Of a DNA stretch of 64,000 nt, positions 11,289 to 25,600 are shown one piece after another. Numbering within the stretch: the stretch's first letter is position 1; every line of letters begins with the position of its first letter. Under the pieces are notes generated by a model that was given only the letters and a program-made list of their open reading frames with translations, was not told where the DNA came from and searched no databases. A program made the translations under genes and the position numbers. Location of the stretch: the NCBI GenBank assembly GCA_001643675.2, contig LSRY02000033.1, positions 434,001 to 498,000 of the forward strand, in the 5' to 3' direction. The stretch is from Monocercomonoides exilis PA203. Taxonomy: Eukaryota > Protista > Preaxostyla.

Positions 11289-11322
11289 TCAACTGTTGCA
11301 TTACATAAAAATTCATCTGTCT

Positions 11323-11323
<1 letters not shown>

Positions 11324-11364
<41 letters not shown>
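11324..11364 (+). repeat. Poly(A) tract (41 nt)
   Basis: Read directly; begins 35 nt after the giant ORF stop. Confidence 0.9.
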
Positions 11365-11367
<3 letters not shown>

Positions 11368-12253
11368 TTTTTTGGAACATTGCTTTTTTCTTTTGTTGCG
11401 TTTGAGTGACTTTTCCTCGTGTTATTTTGTAAAAGTTGTGAATAAATTGTGCATTTTGTTTTTATTTTGTTTTATTTCTTTATTTTTCTCCTGATTCAAA
11501 AATTTTTTTCATTTGTATTTCTTTCAAACGCATTTCATTTATCTTCTCATCATGTTTTCCGAGGCTTTCCTAACTTTGAAATTTGGTATGAGCACTTGCC
11601 AAAGCATGAATCTGTAATTGCAAGTTTTTTCTTATAATTATAAATAATTCTGTAATCTGAGATATCTTTGTTAAGTGACATTTTGAACGCATGTGGTTTA
11701 AGGAATTGATTATCTTCGTTATAAATCATTTTCATTTCATTTTTTTATAATCTTTTTTGTTGAACTCTTGGAGGTTCTATCAAATTTCTTAATGGTTTTT
11801 TCTTTTCTTCTTCAATTTTGTTGATTTATCTTTATAACAATTTTTCAAAAACTAATAATAATATCAATAATTTCTTTTTTGAAATTAAAGTTGAAAACAA
11901 AATATATTTTGAAAACCCCAAAATGTCGATAATGAAATACTGAAAATAATATAAATGAAATAGCGAATTAAAAGAAAAAATTTGATGTGACACAATTGTT
12001 CGTAACAATGAATTATCTTTTTTTTTTTTTTCTAAGGGTTTTATTGCAAAATTCATTTTTGTTAACAAACTTTTGATGCAATGAAAAAATAAAGCAAATA
12101 CCCAAAATTGAAAAAATGTATGATTATTAATAAAAAAACATGTTTTTCAGTTCTTCAGAAAAAAGTTCAAAAAATGATCCCATCGAATATATTATGGGTA
12201 CTCTTTTCAACGATTAATTTTTTTATTTGAAAAGTTTGCGTACTCTATTTTAA

Positions 12254-15200
12254 ATGGCTAGCGGCTTCGCAGATTTCGCTGCTCTTGGATCTTTTTTAAA
12301 TGATGAAAATAAGCGTTTGACTGAGCAGGTGTGCTGCAATGAATTATCTCAATAAAGATCATTTTTTTGATTTCTTGATGTTCGTGAAAGGTTGAACAAT
12401 ACACCAATGAAGTAGCTGAATTAGAAGAAAAAATAGAAGAGCAGAATGAACGATATAATATAATGACGCAGCATTTGTCATCCGTGAAAGCTCAGCTTAC
12501 GCAAACTACACAGCTAGTGAGAGCAAAGGTGAACATTTTCAGAACTTCAAGTTATCTTTAATAAATTTTATTTTTTAATTTTCTTTTTGAAAAGGAAAAA
12601 GAAGCTCAAGATGAAGAACACCAGAAAGATCTAAACTTGAGGCAAATGGGAAAACTTCAAGAATTGTTAAAGAATGCGACTAAAGAAGCACTCGAGTTAG
12701 AAGAGAGAAATTCAGAATTACAAAATCATCTGTTTCGGAGAAAAGATGAAATTGATGCTTTGAAAGCAAGCTTTCATTTGAATCAAGTTGAATATGATAA
12801 TTGGCAAGTTGTATTAAAACAGAAAGAAGCAGATATTACAGCAATTGAAAAATATTCATCTGCAGATTCAAGCCATATACGAGATTTGCAAATGAATTTA
12901 GAACGAATGCAAAAGGAATTATCTCGACGAAAGACTGAACTTGAACAAGAAGTGACAAACACTCAATCTCTGCAGATTGAGCTTGATAAAACAGCTGAGG
13001 ATTTCCAAAAGATTCAAAAGAGACGTCATGATCTTGTTAAGCAATTTGAAGATTTAATTAATTCAATGAAAGAACGAGATGAGATGATTGAGCGCAATCG
13101 AGAAGTGTATAATAAGCAAAAACAAGACATGAGCAAGCTGACAGAGGCAATTTCTGATCAGCGGACGATTCTCGAGCAGCATCAAGCGGACAACAAGAGA
13201 CTCGAGACGCAAATTAATACGATCGACGCTGGGCTACAGAGGCTCCTCACAGAGCATCAGACGTGGAGTGCAACAGTGCAGCAGGCTACGGATGAGGTGT
13301 CAGTCCAGCGGGGGATCCTAACAAAAGCGCAAGTTGAGCTCAACCAGACCAACGTGGAAGTTGAGAATCTGAAGAAGCAGATTGAGCAGAAGAGAGTTGC
13401 TGTTGATCGGCAGGAAAAGAAGCTTTTGGCAAAAAAGGGAGAATTGAATGATGTGATGGATGAGACCAAGTCAAAAGAAGAACAATCAGAAAAGGTGTGT
13501 ATCGATTATTATTGTTGATATTTTTGATTCGATAAAACTGCAATGGCATTTCTTGGGTCTTAATTTTTTAACTTTTCTTTCTCTCTTTTTTTTATTCAAT
13601 GATACAATTTTGCTTCAACACATCATTTGTTAAAAGGTCGAATCGATGCTTGCGGAAGAAGAATCGCGTCTGAATCAAGCGAATCGCGAGCTGAAAGAGC
13701 TCAAGGAGGAGATATTCAAGCACGGCGAGATTCTGCACCGGGCGTCGCTTGAGAAGTCCACGGCGATTGCGGAGCTGAACGGTGCAGAGACGTCGATCAA
13801 GAACCTGAACATGAAGATTAAGAAGCTGGACTCCGACTCGCTGCGGCAGAACGAGCTGATCTACCACGCGGACTTCCAGATCCAGCTGATGGAGCGCAAG
13901 ATCCCGCGCGCACAGGGCGTCCGCTCTGACGAGGAGAAGCAGGTGCTCAACGCGAAGATCAACGAGCTGACGGAAGAGGTGAACGGGCAGACAAAGCAGT
14001 GGAATGTCCTCAGCCAGCAGGTGAAGCGGCTGGAGGAGGAGCTGCACGAGGTCACGTCATCTATTGAGAAGAAGAAAGAAGAGAAGAAGCACATCGAATC
14101 GAAAATTGCGGATCTCAAGTTAGAAAATGATAACAGTGTGATTTATTAGTAAAGCTTTCGATTTTGAAATGATATATTTATTTATTTCTTCTTCAACTTA
14201 TCATTAACAACTTCTATTTATCCTAATTTGCTATTCTTTTCTTTTCTATTTTTCATTCATTCATTCTTTCTTTCTGTTGCGTTTCAGCTGTTCGCTCGCT
14301 GACGCAGTCGAAGACGCAAAAAGAGGAGCTGGCTGTGCGACATGATGTGCTTCATCTGGAAATGAAGCGTTTGACAGACACGTTCCACCAGCGCCATGCA
14401 GAAGTTGTCTCGCTGAAGAACCGCCAGGCGCAGCTGGAGCTGACAATCAGAGAGCGCAATGAGCAAATCAAAGTACACAACGATCTTCTGCGGGCAGAGC
14501 TAAGGCAAGTTGAGGAAGAAAAACACAAAGTGGCACTGGAGCTGAACGAGCGGACGATGAAGATTGAGCGGCTAAAGCAGAAATACGAATCGGTCATTGG
14601 GCTGCGGGGTGGAACGTCTGAAGAGTCTGCACAATCACACGGACTGGCTATTGTCAAGGCGCGGCAGAGGCGTCAGGAACTGGAAGTGAAAGGAGACGAG
14701 CTGTTCACCGAGATCAAAGCAAAGCAAAAGGAGCTGCAACAAATGGAGAAGGCGCTGGAGCAACTGGAAGGCGCGAACAAAACATACCGCGAGTCGTTCA
14801 AGACTGTTGGCGCCTCGTCGCAGGAGGTGGAAGAGAAGCAGGCTGCCGAAGAGCAGCACCACACGGCGCAGGAGCGGCTGAAGGCGAAGCGGGCGGAGCT
14901 GGCGGAGACGACGCAGCTGGCAGCGTTCCAGGAGCGAGGCCTGGCGGAGTCTGACATGGAAGTGGATGTGCTCACGCGGGAGGTGCAGGAGTACACTCTG
15001 CGGAGGCAGCAGCTCGAGAAGGACGTGCAGGCGCAGGTGCCCAAAATCGAGAGGGCGCAGAAGCAGCTGCAGAAGCTGTCGAGGGACCATCGCTCGAGCT
15101 ATCTTGCTGGGCCGAAGGAGAAAGGCGAGGCGGACGAGAACGGAGACACGCCGATTGAAAAGGAGTTCCAGCTGGATGAGCTGCGGGAGACAAACAACAT

Positions 15201-15837
15201 CATCCTCTCGTCGCTGCTGACGATTGGGCAGCAGAACAAAGAAATCGGAGAAATGCTCAGCACTTTACTGGCAGAACGGCATCTTTCCACGAAGGGAATT
15301 GCATCCGCATCTGCTTCATCATCGTCATCTTCTTCTTCTTCTTCCTTATCTGCCTCCACCTCCTCCACTTCGTCTCGTGGTGTAAGAGCCTCTCAGCCTT
15401 TGTCAGCTTCTCGCTCTCGTCCATCATCACGGTCTGCTGCTCCTTCCAATTCATCTGCATCTTCTGCCACTCCTGTGGCTGTTGCAAGACCGAAGTCGTC
15501 GTCTAGGTCATCCCCTTCTGCTTCGTCATCGTCTACTTCATCTCGCCCTTCCTCTTCAAAGCTTCCCCCACTCACTGGCACCCCGAAGCGTGCTACGTCT
15601 TCTCCTCGCTCGCTGTCTGCCTCTCGCAACAGCTCTCCCAGGCCAACGTCGTCTTCTTCGCCAAAGTCTGTCTCTTCTGCTGTTCAGAAGCCTGCCACAC
15701 CCAGACACACTCCGCCTTCTACTCCGCCTCGTGCTTCAAGCAGGGGACGAACTCCTCCATCTCCTTCTTCCGGGCTTGCTCCTATTCGGCGAACTCCACC
15801 ATCTTCGCCATCAACCCGTTCATCTTTCACAAAATAA
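12254..15837 (+). CDS. CCDC39: Coiled-coil domain-containing protein 39 (FAP59, axonemal 96-nm ruler); exons about 12254-12328, 12391-12528, 12595-13494, 13637-14135, 14288-15837
   Basis: Spliced product MASGFADFAALGSFLNDENKRLTEQ...ERYNIMTQHLSSVK...ELDKTAEDFQKIQKRRHDLVKQFE..MKERD matches CCDC39 motifs (NEENK, ELDKxAxDF). Ser-rich tail. GT-AG introns keep frame. Confidence 0.88.
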
Positions 15838-16307
15838 TTGAAATCTAGATTTTCATTTACACAAAAAATTAAGTTTAGTTTTATTTAACAATTTTCTTTT
15901 CATTATTTTATAATTTATGTTGTTATTAATTCCAAAAATGCATCAAAAATCAAGCAAATAAAAATTTTTGCCCAATAAAAAATTATTTTTTAATTCCAAT
16001 AAATACCTTGATTGAGGATCCAGATAATACTTTAACTGATTCTTCTTTGACAACCCTGTCCATACAGTTATATTCAATGAGAGGAACTCCTTAAAAAATT
16101 CAATTAACTTTATTTTATTTTATTTTGTTTCATTTTTATTTATTTCATTTTTTTGCATCTTCAATTTTTGCATCTAGTGATTTTCACAAACTTTTGAGAA
16201 CTTTTTTCAGATTAATGGTTTTTTTATGAAAAGTTAATAATTTGCACATCTGGTTTGTTTGCAACGTCAAATCAAAGATGGGATGTTGAGCACCTCCATC
16301 TCTTATA

Positions 16308-17271
16308 GGTGAGTATTTTTATTGGCACCAAAAATTATTTTCATAATCTTCATTTCATTAAAGCTCATAAATCTGTTTCATAACTTAAGAACAATAAACA
16401 AATAAAAATTAAGCTATACGTCAAATATTTTTTTAAAAAACTTTCTCAGAAAAACGATCTAATAATTTTTTACTTTTATATTTCGAACAATGTTTTGCTC
16501 GTATTTTCTTGACTGATTGCGGTTGCGAGTTTTTATCACGGAATTCACAAAAACAATTGTATTTTCCGTATTTGTTACTTATTCGTTATATTTTGAACCA
16601 TTTATTTAAGTGAATTTTTGGATTTCACCATTTTTGTTAAAACATGCAAAATCAAGTGAATGTGTTTGTTTTGTAAAAAATGGTCAAAAGATATCGATAA
16701 AATAATCTTTTTTGTATATGATACATGTTTTGAAAACGAATTTTTATTCAAAATAAAAAAGAAATTAAATGATCATGTTTTTTAAAGAATTACATTTATC
16801 TAAGTATTGACAAATTGGCAATTATCAAATATCAAGAATTTGTTGTTCAAAAAACTTATTAAATTTTATGTACTTCATGCAAATCAATAAAACAAACACA
16901 TTCACTTGATTTTGCATGTTTTAACAAAAATGGTGAAATCCAAAAATTCACTTAAATAAATGGTTCAAAATATAACGAATAAGTAACAAATACGGAAAAT
17001 ACAATTGTTTTTGTGAATTCCGTGATAAAAACTCGCAACCGCAATCAGTCAAGAAAATACGAGCAAAACATTGTTCGAAATATAAAAGTAAAAAATTATT
17101 AGATCGTTTTTCTGAGAAAGTTTTTTAAAAAAATATTTGACGTATAGCTTAATTTTTATTTGTTTATTGTTCTTAAGTTATGAAACAGATTTATGAGCTT
17201 TAATGAAATGAAGATTATGAAAATAATTTTTGGTGCCAATAAAAATACTTGTGCCAATTAAAATACTCACC
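16308..17271. mobile_element. Palindromic (foldback/MITE-like) element 1: 361-bp perfect inverted arms (16312-16672 and 16889-17249), 216-bp spacer, 21-bp outer TIR, TA on both flanks
   Basis: Arms read as reverse complements with no mismatch seen. Termini are TA|GGTGAGTATTTTTATTGGCAC and GTGCCAATTAAAATACTCACC|TA. Confidence 0.85.
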
Positions 17272-18724
17272 TAAGTGACCCCTGAGACGATTTGGATGAT
17301 ATTAATGCGGTCAAATTTGTTCAACATAAATTGTCAATCATGTGTTTTATTTACCAAAATTCTTTGAAATGTTCCTTTTGTAATATTTTCAAGTTAAAAC
17401 GAGAATTTAATGTTTTCAACAAATTTTCTTTTCTAACTCGCCAAAATTCACAATCACAAAAGCAAAAACTTGACAATGAAAAGATTTTCATACTAATGAA
17501 ATTTGGTCAGTTGGAATGAATAAGTGAAGAAAACATTCAATTTTCATTTTCACCTGAAAACAAAACAGAAGGAACTTTTAGAATAAAAATTGGAATTATT
17601 ATTTACCAAGATTTCAATATATATTCAAAATTTTATTCGTTTCTGAAATAAGTCATAATGAGTGTTGCGGAAAATAAATAAAAACAACAAGATTTTTTGT
17701 CTTATCGATGTTTGAAGAATTCACATAAAAACCTTCAAATTGAAGGCTGATTGGAACGCATTGCAACGATTATTGTGAACGGAAAAGCTCGGGCAATTGA
17801 TGCAAAAAACATTAATGAATTCACCAGTATGGCAATTGATAGGTTCGTTGTTGCTATTAAAGATAGAAAATGCATGAAAAAATGGAAGACCAGATTAATT
17901 AATCCACCAAGAAATTGAAAATCAATTGGGTGTTCAAAATATCGAATAAGAAAGTTTACCAAGTGACAGCGCTGTTCAATTTTGGACTTTTTTTGATTAT
18001 TGTTTTTTTATTCGTTGCATAAATCTTTCTTAAAAACTTAATAAATTAATTTTGTTATCAACGATCGAAAAAAAGTTATCTTTGAAGAAGAAAAAGAAGA
18101 AGACAACATTCAACAATCTTATCAGAATTTTTCATTCAATAAGAATCGCAAGTCACTTGTATCTCATTTAAGAAATGTTTATTCCCAAAGAATTTCATTA
18201 TCATATGGGTGAAAATACAGACTTTCAAGCTTTTTTGGCACAAGGCATGGAAATAATTGTTTCACTCATAACTATATTTCGCTTACTCAGATTTCAAAAT
18301 ATATTTGATGAGCATATCCATAGACAGGCAACGTTAAAATTGAAATATGAAGTTTTCCAACATTTCGCGAATGAAAAAAAAAATGGAACCATTTTTATTA
18401 TGTTTTGTGTTCCCAAAAATTCAATGAAAAAGCTTAAAACAAAATATTTTGCCCCATATTTACAAACTATTCCACATTCATCCTCTTCTGCTTAACAAAC
18501 ATAATCAACTTATTATTTCTCTTTTTCTTTTCTATATCATACACGAATATTCATTATAGCTTTTCGATTATTTCTCTTCCCATCTTTTCCTTCCTTCAGA
18601 CGTGCTTGTGTGTTTCTTTAAAACAATTTCTGAAAATTTTGTATTCAACTCCTGTTGAACTTTAGAAACAGCAACAAAAACGAAAAACATAAAATAAAAA
18701 ATGATCGATTGAAATGCGGAGATT

Positions 18725-18725
<1 letters not shown>

Positions 18726-18774
<49 letters not shown>
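18726..18774 (+). repeat. Poly(A) tract (49 nt)
   Basis: Read directly. Confidence 0.9.
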
Positions 18775-18775
<1 letters not shown>

Positions 18776-19360
18776 GATTTTTAAATAAACTTGATGAATT
18801 TAGCAAACGAAAAAAGTGATCAGAAAAAAATGCCACAATCTATTTTTCAATGAATTTATTTTTCATTGAAATATTTGATGTTATTTATTTAATTGTAAAA
18901 ATATTATTTTGTATGCAAAATTTTAAATTCGATTGCAAGTTCTCTCATTTTGTATTATTATAAATGTAGCTCCTGCTTTTAAAATATAAATAAATAAAAA
19001 TAAAAACATATTATAAAAAACAAAAATAAAACAAAGTATAATAGGGATATATATAAAAAAATACTTTTACAACAAATCCAAAAATCACAAAACATGAATT
19101 AGAATATCAATAACCCTTCCAAACAATAATAACAGATGTTTTAAGAACTATCCAACAGAAACTCATTCACAAATAACAACAATCTCATCAGTAGCAATTG
19201 CAACTGTAACTGTAATTGTAACTGTAACTGCAACTGCAACTGCAATTCTAATCACAAAATAGAAACATTGAAAAAAAGAAAAAAAGTAAAAAAAGAAAAA
19301 AACATAAAAAAAAAAAAGAAAATGTGGTGTTGACCTGCCCTTCATTTGACTACGTGCTGC

Positions 19361-22071
19361 TCAGACAAGCCACGAAAACGAACCAGTCCTCAGAATCTTT
19401 TCCCAAAGCACATGAATTTCGTGATTTACAGCAGGTTCCTTTTTATAACAATCATTCATGCTATTTACTGTCTTTTTCTTTTCTTCCTTCTCTTTCTTTG
19501 CTTCCTCCTCTGCTCTTTTCTTTTCCGCTTCCTCTGCCTCCACTTCTTCTGCTTCTTTTCGATCTTCATCTTCGTAATACTTGTTGATCTCATCGATTGC
19601 AGCACTCAACTCTTCAGGACTCAGCCCCCTTTGCGTCACCTCTATCAGTCTCTGATCTTTCTCTTTTTCTCGCGTCTCCTTCGCTTTCGCCCTCGCCTCC
19701 TCCTTCTCCTTCTTCTCCAGCTCTGCTCGTTCTGCTTCCTCTTTTTCTTGCTTTTTCTTTCTCCGTTCATCTGCCCGTACTTCCTCCATTTCTCTGCCCC
19801 TTCTATACGGTGCTAATTTCTGCCACGCAAATAGCCCTTTCTTCAAACTCAATCTTCGCTCAATCCACTGCACATCCCCTTTCACCAGATACAGCCCCAA
19901 GCAGAACGCCAAATACTCAACAAACAGCCACGCCAGCATCGGAACCAGTGACAGCATCATATTTCTTTCCATCTTGTGCGCTCGCTCAATCAGCTCGTCG
20001 GTCACAACCACCGCTGACATGAACCGCTCTGCTCCTTCCCACGCCTCTCCGCTCGAAGTCGGCGGGTCAAACTTCCCAATCCCATCCAAGCACAGTGTCG
20101 GAATAAGCACAATGGCAATCCCAATCGCTGATCCAAACACAATCCCACAGTAACGCACACTCTTGCTGCACATCGTCTCGAAAGTGGAAGCACCAGGTGG
20201 CTCCATGTTGAATATAAAAATATGCAGAGTGATGATTGCCAAGAACAGCGGAATGAAAGTAATTGTCCACGAGCTCGTGAAGTTGTCTGTTTGATCGTTC
20301 ATTTGTCATAATCATTCCAATCACACACATTCGCATTCACACAAAAAGAACAAAACAAAAAAATGATGAATGAATGAATAAATAAACAAACAAATAAATC
20401 AAATAGAAACATAATTTTTGTGCGCAACAGATACAATTATTAAAAAAAATTAAATAAATAAAAACGTAATGCCTCTCTTCTCATTCGATTCGCATTCGCT
20501 CATTCACTCATTCACTCATTCATCCTCCTTTAACACTTTGCATACAGCACAGTTTCACAGAAAATAACACCCACGCTAAAATGATTCCAACTAAAGAAAT
20601 TATAAACATAATCAAAGTGAAGCAGAAATCGCCCGGGCAACTCATCCAAAAACCGTATTGAATATTCATTAAGAACATTCCGCCAAAGAACATTATAAAA
20701 TAGAACAAAAGAGAGAATAAAATAGTATCTGAGTTTGTAATCAATCGCCCGTCTTCTGTGAATTTTTGTGTGATATTTTCTGTGGCTGCTGCTTCTCTGA
20801 AGAGCACATCATAAGTGGTCCTATTTTCCTTGATGCTCCTTTCAGGATACGGCTTCGTCACTGGACCATCAACTAAGCGATTGCGGATGTTAAATGTGTG
20901 GTAATCCCCATTCACAAAAGTATCAAGATCCTTGCACAAAAAGTAAAGCATCACAAAAAATCCAGCCACAGATGCCGCGCTGATAATTATTCCCAGCCAC
21001 ATATCATCTCTGTCCTTTATGAATATAAACATGAAAAACAAAAACAATGTCAGCATCACAATTGAAACACTGAAAAGGCCTTTTGACCGAGAAAGGCTGA
21101 ACGAAAAAACCGATCTGGTGACTTTGTTCGTCAAAAGATTCGACACATGCCCATCATCAGCCAGCTTGTCGAAAACTGGCCCACGGATAAAATTCGTTGC
21201 GTAGAAGATGGCAAAGAAAAAGAAGAAAAGAAACAGCATCAACGATATCCACGTCAATGTGAACAGAATAAAACTTATCCACGGATGTTCGACCGTGTTT
21301 TTCAGATCAAATATATCCTTCCAGAAACCCTGCCTCTTCCCAAACAGCACTTCTGGAAAAGTCCCGTACAACCGAATGGTGTCCTTCCATCCTTTCGGGC
21401 TCAGACCAAATCGGGTCTTGTCCGCAACATCCTGAATGCAATTTAAAGCAAAATACAAATCAACAAATAAACAAAAACGAAAAGAAGCCCATCAAAAAGA
21501 GAGTCACTCGCTGTGCCTGCTCCGGCACAGCGCAAAACACACACATCTGCATTGTTTGGATTGTACGTGTCCAGATCCTGGAATTCGTTCTGGCTCATGT
21601 AGATGTTGTCTCTCAGCCGCGGCAGCTCCTCAACAACAATCTCATGCCAGTACCTTCATCCAGCCAAACCCCGTCAAAATTGCCCATGAAAAAAATAAAA
21701 TGCATGTCATACTCGTCTGTATCCAGCATCTCTCGGAAAAACTTCGATGTCCCCATCAGCCTCATTTTCGTTCTTGTGTCGCATTCCTTCAAAATCCTGC
21801 CAATTTTTCAAAACCCCAAAACCCAACTAAAAATCCCACACCGCTTCCATATGTCCATCGGCACTCCTGCACCACCCGCGTTCAAGCACAAACCGTCCGA
21901 TAACCGCAAAACAGCAAAAAACAAAAAATGCACACTTTTCACATCCACCAGTCCACAATCTTCGTCTGACGAGCTGCTGCACATCAGATCAACATCATTT
22001 TCCACCATGGGAATCAACTCTTGGAAAAGACCCTCCTTTCCTGTGTGGTTATTATTTTCTGAAGATTTCAT
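19361..22071 (-). CDS. Multi-exon multi-pass membrane protein with charged E/K-rich C-terminal coiled coil; hypothetical, weak TMEM185-like WxxxFIPL motif
   Basis: Same-strand ORFs 21808-22071, 20520-21458 and 19361-20302 plus small exons near 21500-21790, separated by GT-AG introns. Many hydrophobic helices. Confidence 0.65.
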
Positions 22072-22650
22072 CGATCTGGTGTATTATATGTTTAATTGAA
22101 TCACACTCAAACGAAAAGGCATCTTCAAGCACGTAGTTTGTTCATTATCATTTCTGCAAAATCTGGTAATTATTTGGAGTGTTTTTGAATTTTTCAAAGT
22201 TTACTGAAAAATATATTAAAGGTGCCAATTTCAAAAAACAAGTTCGAAAAACCAACAGACTCGATGGCAACACAGCCGTCATATCGCTACACATCTTCGC
22301 TGGGGCAGGTGAGGATGGGCAGAGGAAGGGACGAGGGCGGGGTGCAGGTGCATGGCGCAGACACACGCGTCAAAAAATTTTCTGATCCAGTTTTGGAGCT
22401 CAGGCAGGAGGGACGGGGGCAGAAGACTACATACGGTGTGCGCAACACAGATTGCAGTTTTTGTGCATAATGCATTCGGGTTTCGTTTTTTGTTCAGCGT
22501 CCATCCATCTGCGAGGCGAAAAAGGCTTATTCGAAAGAAACGGGAGCAATCTTCAGAGAAAAGAAAAAGGTTTGAGTGCTCGTTGCTGCCTGTGCACTGC
22601 ACGGCATGTTTGGAATCGATTCATATCATTTTGCTTTTTAACCCCTCGTT

Positions 22651-25600
22651 TTGCAATGCAATTCTGACTTTTTGGCAGGCAAAGGCGACGAAGAGGAAGA
22701 GGATGAAGAGGAAGGCGATGAAGAAGAATTCGAGAGCGAAACAGACGAGGACGAGAACTCGGAGTACGAATTGGTTGAAGAAGAAAAGGGGCTGGAGGAG
22801 GGAGCAGGGCAAGAAGATTTTGAGCAGGAGGGCATGGCTGATGAAAACACCGAGTTGGAGAGCAACCAGGAAGAGCCAATGGACCGGCTGGACGAGGACG
22901 ATGAAGACGAAAATGTCGAGGAGGATGAACATACTGGAGAACGGTCAGAAGGCAGCAGCGATGATGACGCTGAAATGAGCAGGAGTGACACGGAGAATCG
23001 GATGGCTGAGAGCGAGGAAGAGGAGGGTGTGGAGAGCGGAAAAGAGAGCGAAGAAGCTGAATACGCTGTGAGCAGCATGCAAGAGAAAAGAGAGGAAGGA
23101 AGTGACTGGGAGCCTGACGTCTCATCTCCTTCTGAAGACAGGGTTCATCTTCAGCCAGTGACAACTTCAGAAAAGCTGAGGAGGGAGGGTTCTGTTGTGG
23201 ATGAGAAAGGAAGGAGAGAGGCTGAGAAAAGCGATGCTGAGGTGTGTGGTGAGAGTGTTGCAGCGACTTTGGGCAGCACGCAAAAGCGAAAGGGAAGGAG
23301 TGCAGCTGCATCATTTTTGATGTCTCTCCAACAGCAGAAAGCTCAGAATATCTTCAGCAGAAAGAACGATGTAGAAGTTGGGGAGAAAAGAATGGCTGAA
23401 GAGAGTTCACCAAAAATGAAGACAAGTCCTGAAGAACAACAAGAGGAAGACTACAGCAGCACAGAGGTAAGTGCAGTAAGCAAAACAGACAAGTCGAAAG
23501 AAGCAGGCGATTTGGATCGGAAAGAACTGCTGGTTTCTGATTCGCAAAGCACAGATATACAAGCAGAATTACCAACTTCTGAAGAAGTGGGAAATGCAGG
23601 AACTCCGTTGGCATTGAAAAGATCGAAAGAAAACGAAAGTGCAGCAAGCATGGATGAATCTGGGTCAACTGCATCAAGAAGACTGCGAACTGGTGGGATA
23701 GGTGAATATTCAGCCAGTCGAGACCAGCCGGCTTCTTCGCTTCTTACTCCACCTTCGACACCTCCATCTTCAGCACATTCTGTGCGCTCCTCACACACAG
23801 CACAAACAGCACGCACACAACGTTCGGTGCAATCAGCAGCAGAGCCGAATTCTTCTCCTTCTCCTTTTCCTTCTCCTTTCATGACTCATGCTTCTTTTCT
23901 TTCGTCCTCATTGACAAGCGCTGCTTCCGCAAATACTTCCGCGCTGATGTCTCCGCAGTTCCCTTCGCCGTTGCAGCTGCAAACCCAGTCGCAATCGCTC
24001 GTGACGCATTCTACTCTCATCCGGGTGTCTGACGGAGGGTTTGGATCTCCTGGTGATTTGGAAAATCCGTTTCAGGGCAGCCAGTTTTATTCTCCTCCTT
24101 CTTCCCCTCTCTCAAACAGCACCGGAGGGTCTGCGCAAGTTGGGAGAGTGCGCAGTGCTTCTGGTAGCTCAGATGGAGCGTTTTCGCCTTCTTCTCCTCC
24201 GGGCGCTTCTTTCTCACCTGCGTTTTCTGTATATTCTGCGTTTTTATCTCCTGAGCAGGAAAAGGAAAGAAAAGCGAAGGGTCAACAGAAAGGCAGCCCA
24301 GGATGGAAGGGAATTGGGAAGGAGAAAGGCAATTGGGAAGATGAGAAACATGCGAATGGGGAATCAGAAGCAAACAGAGATGAGGAAGCAGGCAGATGGG
24401 GAGACAGAGGGAAAAACAGATCTATGGCAGGCGGAGCTCAAACAGGTGGGTATGCGCATCGGTCGGCAATTTGGTCAGAATCTTCGATCGATGGGGAGAC
24501 TGGGCAGGAAGGGAGAGAGACGAGCGAAAGAGAGGTGGAACGTGGGATGTTTGGGGCAGACACAGATCTGAATGGATGGATTAGCCGAAGAGAAGCCGCA
24601 CGGCAGCCAAGAAACAGGACATTGGATGCGGGTTCTGAATCGAATGGGATGGGAAAAGCACAGACAGGGTGGGGATCAACTGCTGCTGCGGGTGATGCAA
24701 GCGCAGAGACTGGAAAGAGTATAGCGCAGTCTAATGACAGACGGTCGCGTTTTGCATCGAATTCGTTCGGAGCAAGTTATTTGACTTCACCACTTCGAGC
24801 ACCAGCCAATTCTGGTTTGGATGCATCAGATCTTTCGCCTGGTTCAACAGCAGCTGAAAGAGGAGGAAGAGGAAGGGAAGGAGCAACAGGAAGAACACAA
24901 TCAACAGATGTGGCTGAGAGCAGTGGGATGGATGCAAAGCAGGAGATGAGGAGGCTGAAGGCGAAGTTGGAGGAAAAAGATGAAACGATTCTTCGTCTTC
25001 TGAAAGAGAAGAAGGAGGAAGCAGAGGAGATGGCGAAGGAGCGAGAGCGGGAAAAGAGCAGAGAGGAGTCAGCGGAGAGGAGCAGGGAAAGAGAGCGGGA
25101 ACGAGAGAAGAGCAGGATTCGGGAGCTGGAGGAGGCAGTAAAGCGGAAGGAGGAGGAAGGGGAGAAGATGCGTGCGGAGATGGAGGAGCTGAGAGAGGAG
25201 GCTGAGCGGAGCAGGCGGGAGATGCGGCGGATGGCGGAAGGGGTGGGAGAGGAGAAGGAGAAGGCAGCGGGGGCGGGGCGAGCTGAGCGGGAGGAGTGGG
25301 AGGAGAAGGAGCGGCGGCTGGTGAAGGAGAAGGAAGAGGCGGAGAGGGAGCTGAAGAGGGAGAAGGAGGCGCGGAAGGAGATGGGGCGGAAGTGGGAGAA
25401 GATTGAGGAAGAGAAGGACATTGAGGTGAAGCGAGTGAAGCGGGCGCTGGCAGAGGCAGAAGGGAGGGTAGAGAGCGAGTGGAAGAAGGGGAGGGAGGCA
25501 GAGAAAGAGCGAGAGAGGGAAAGGCAGGAGGCGAAGGTGAAGGAGAGGAGCATGACACGACAGCTGGAGGAGACGGTGGCAGCAGCACAGGAGGAGCTAA

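Noticed and set aside
17292-18495. Short plus-strand ORFs after palindrome 1
   Set aside because: Fragmented with no recognisable motif; possibly a relic but cannot be assigned.
19192-19246. (ACTGYA)n hexamer repeat
   Set aside because: Short degenerate microsatellite with no evidence of function.
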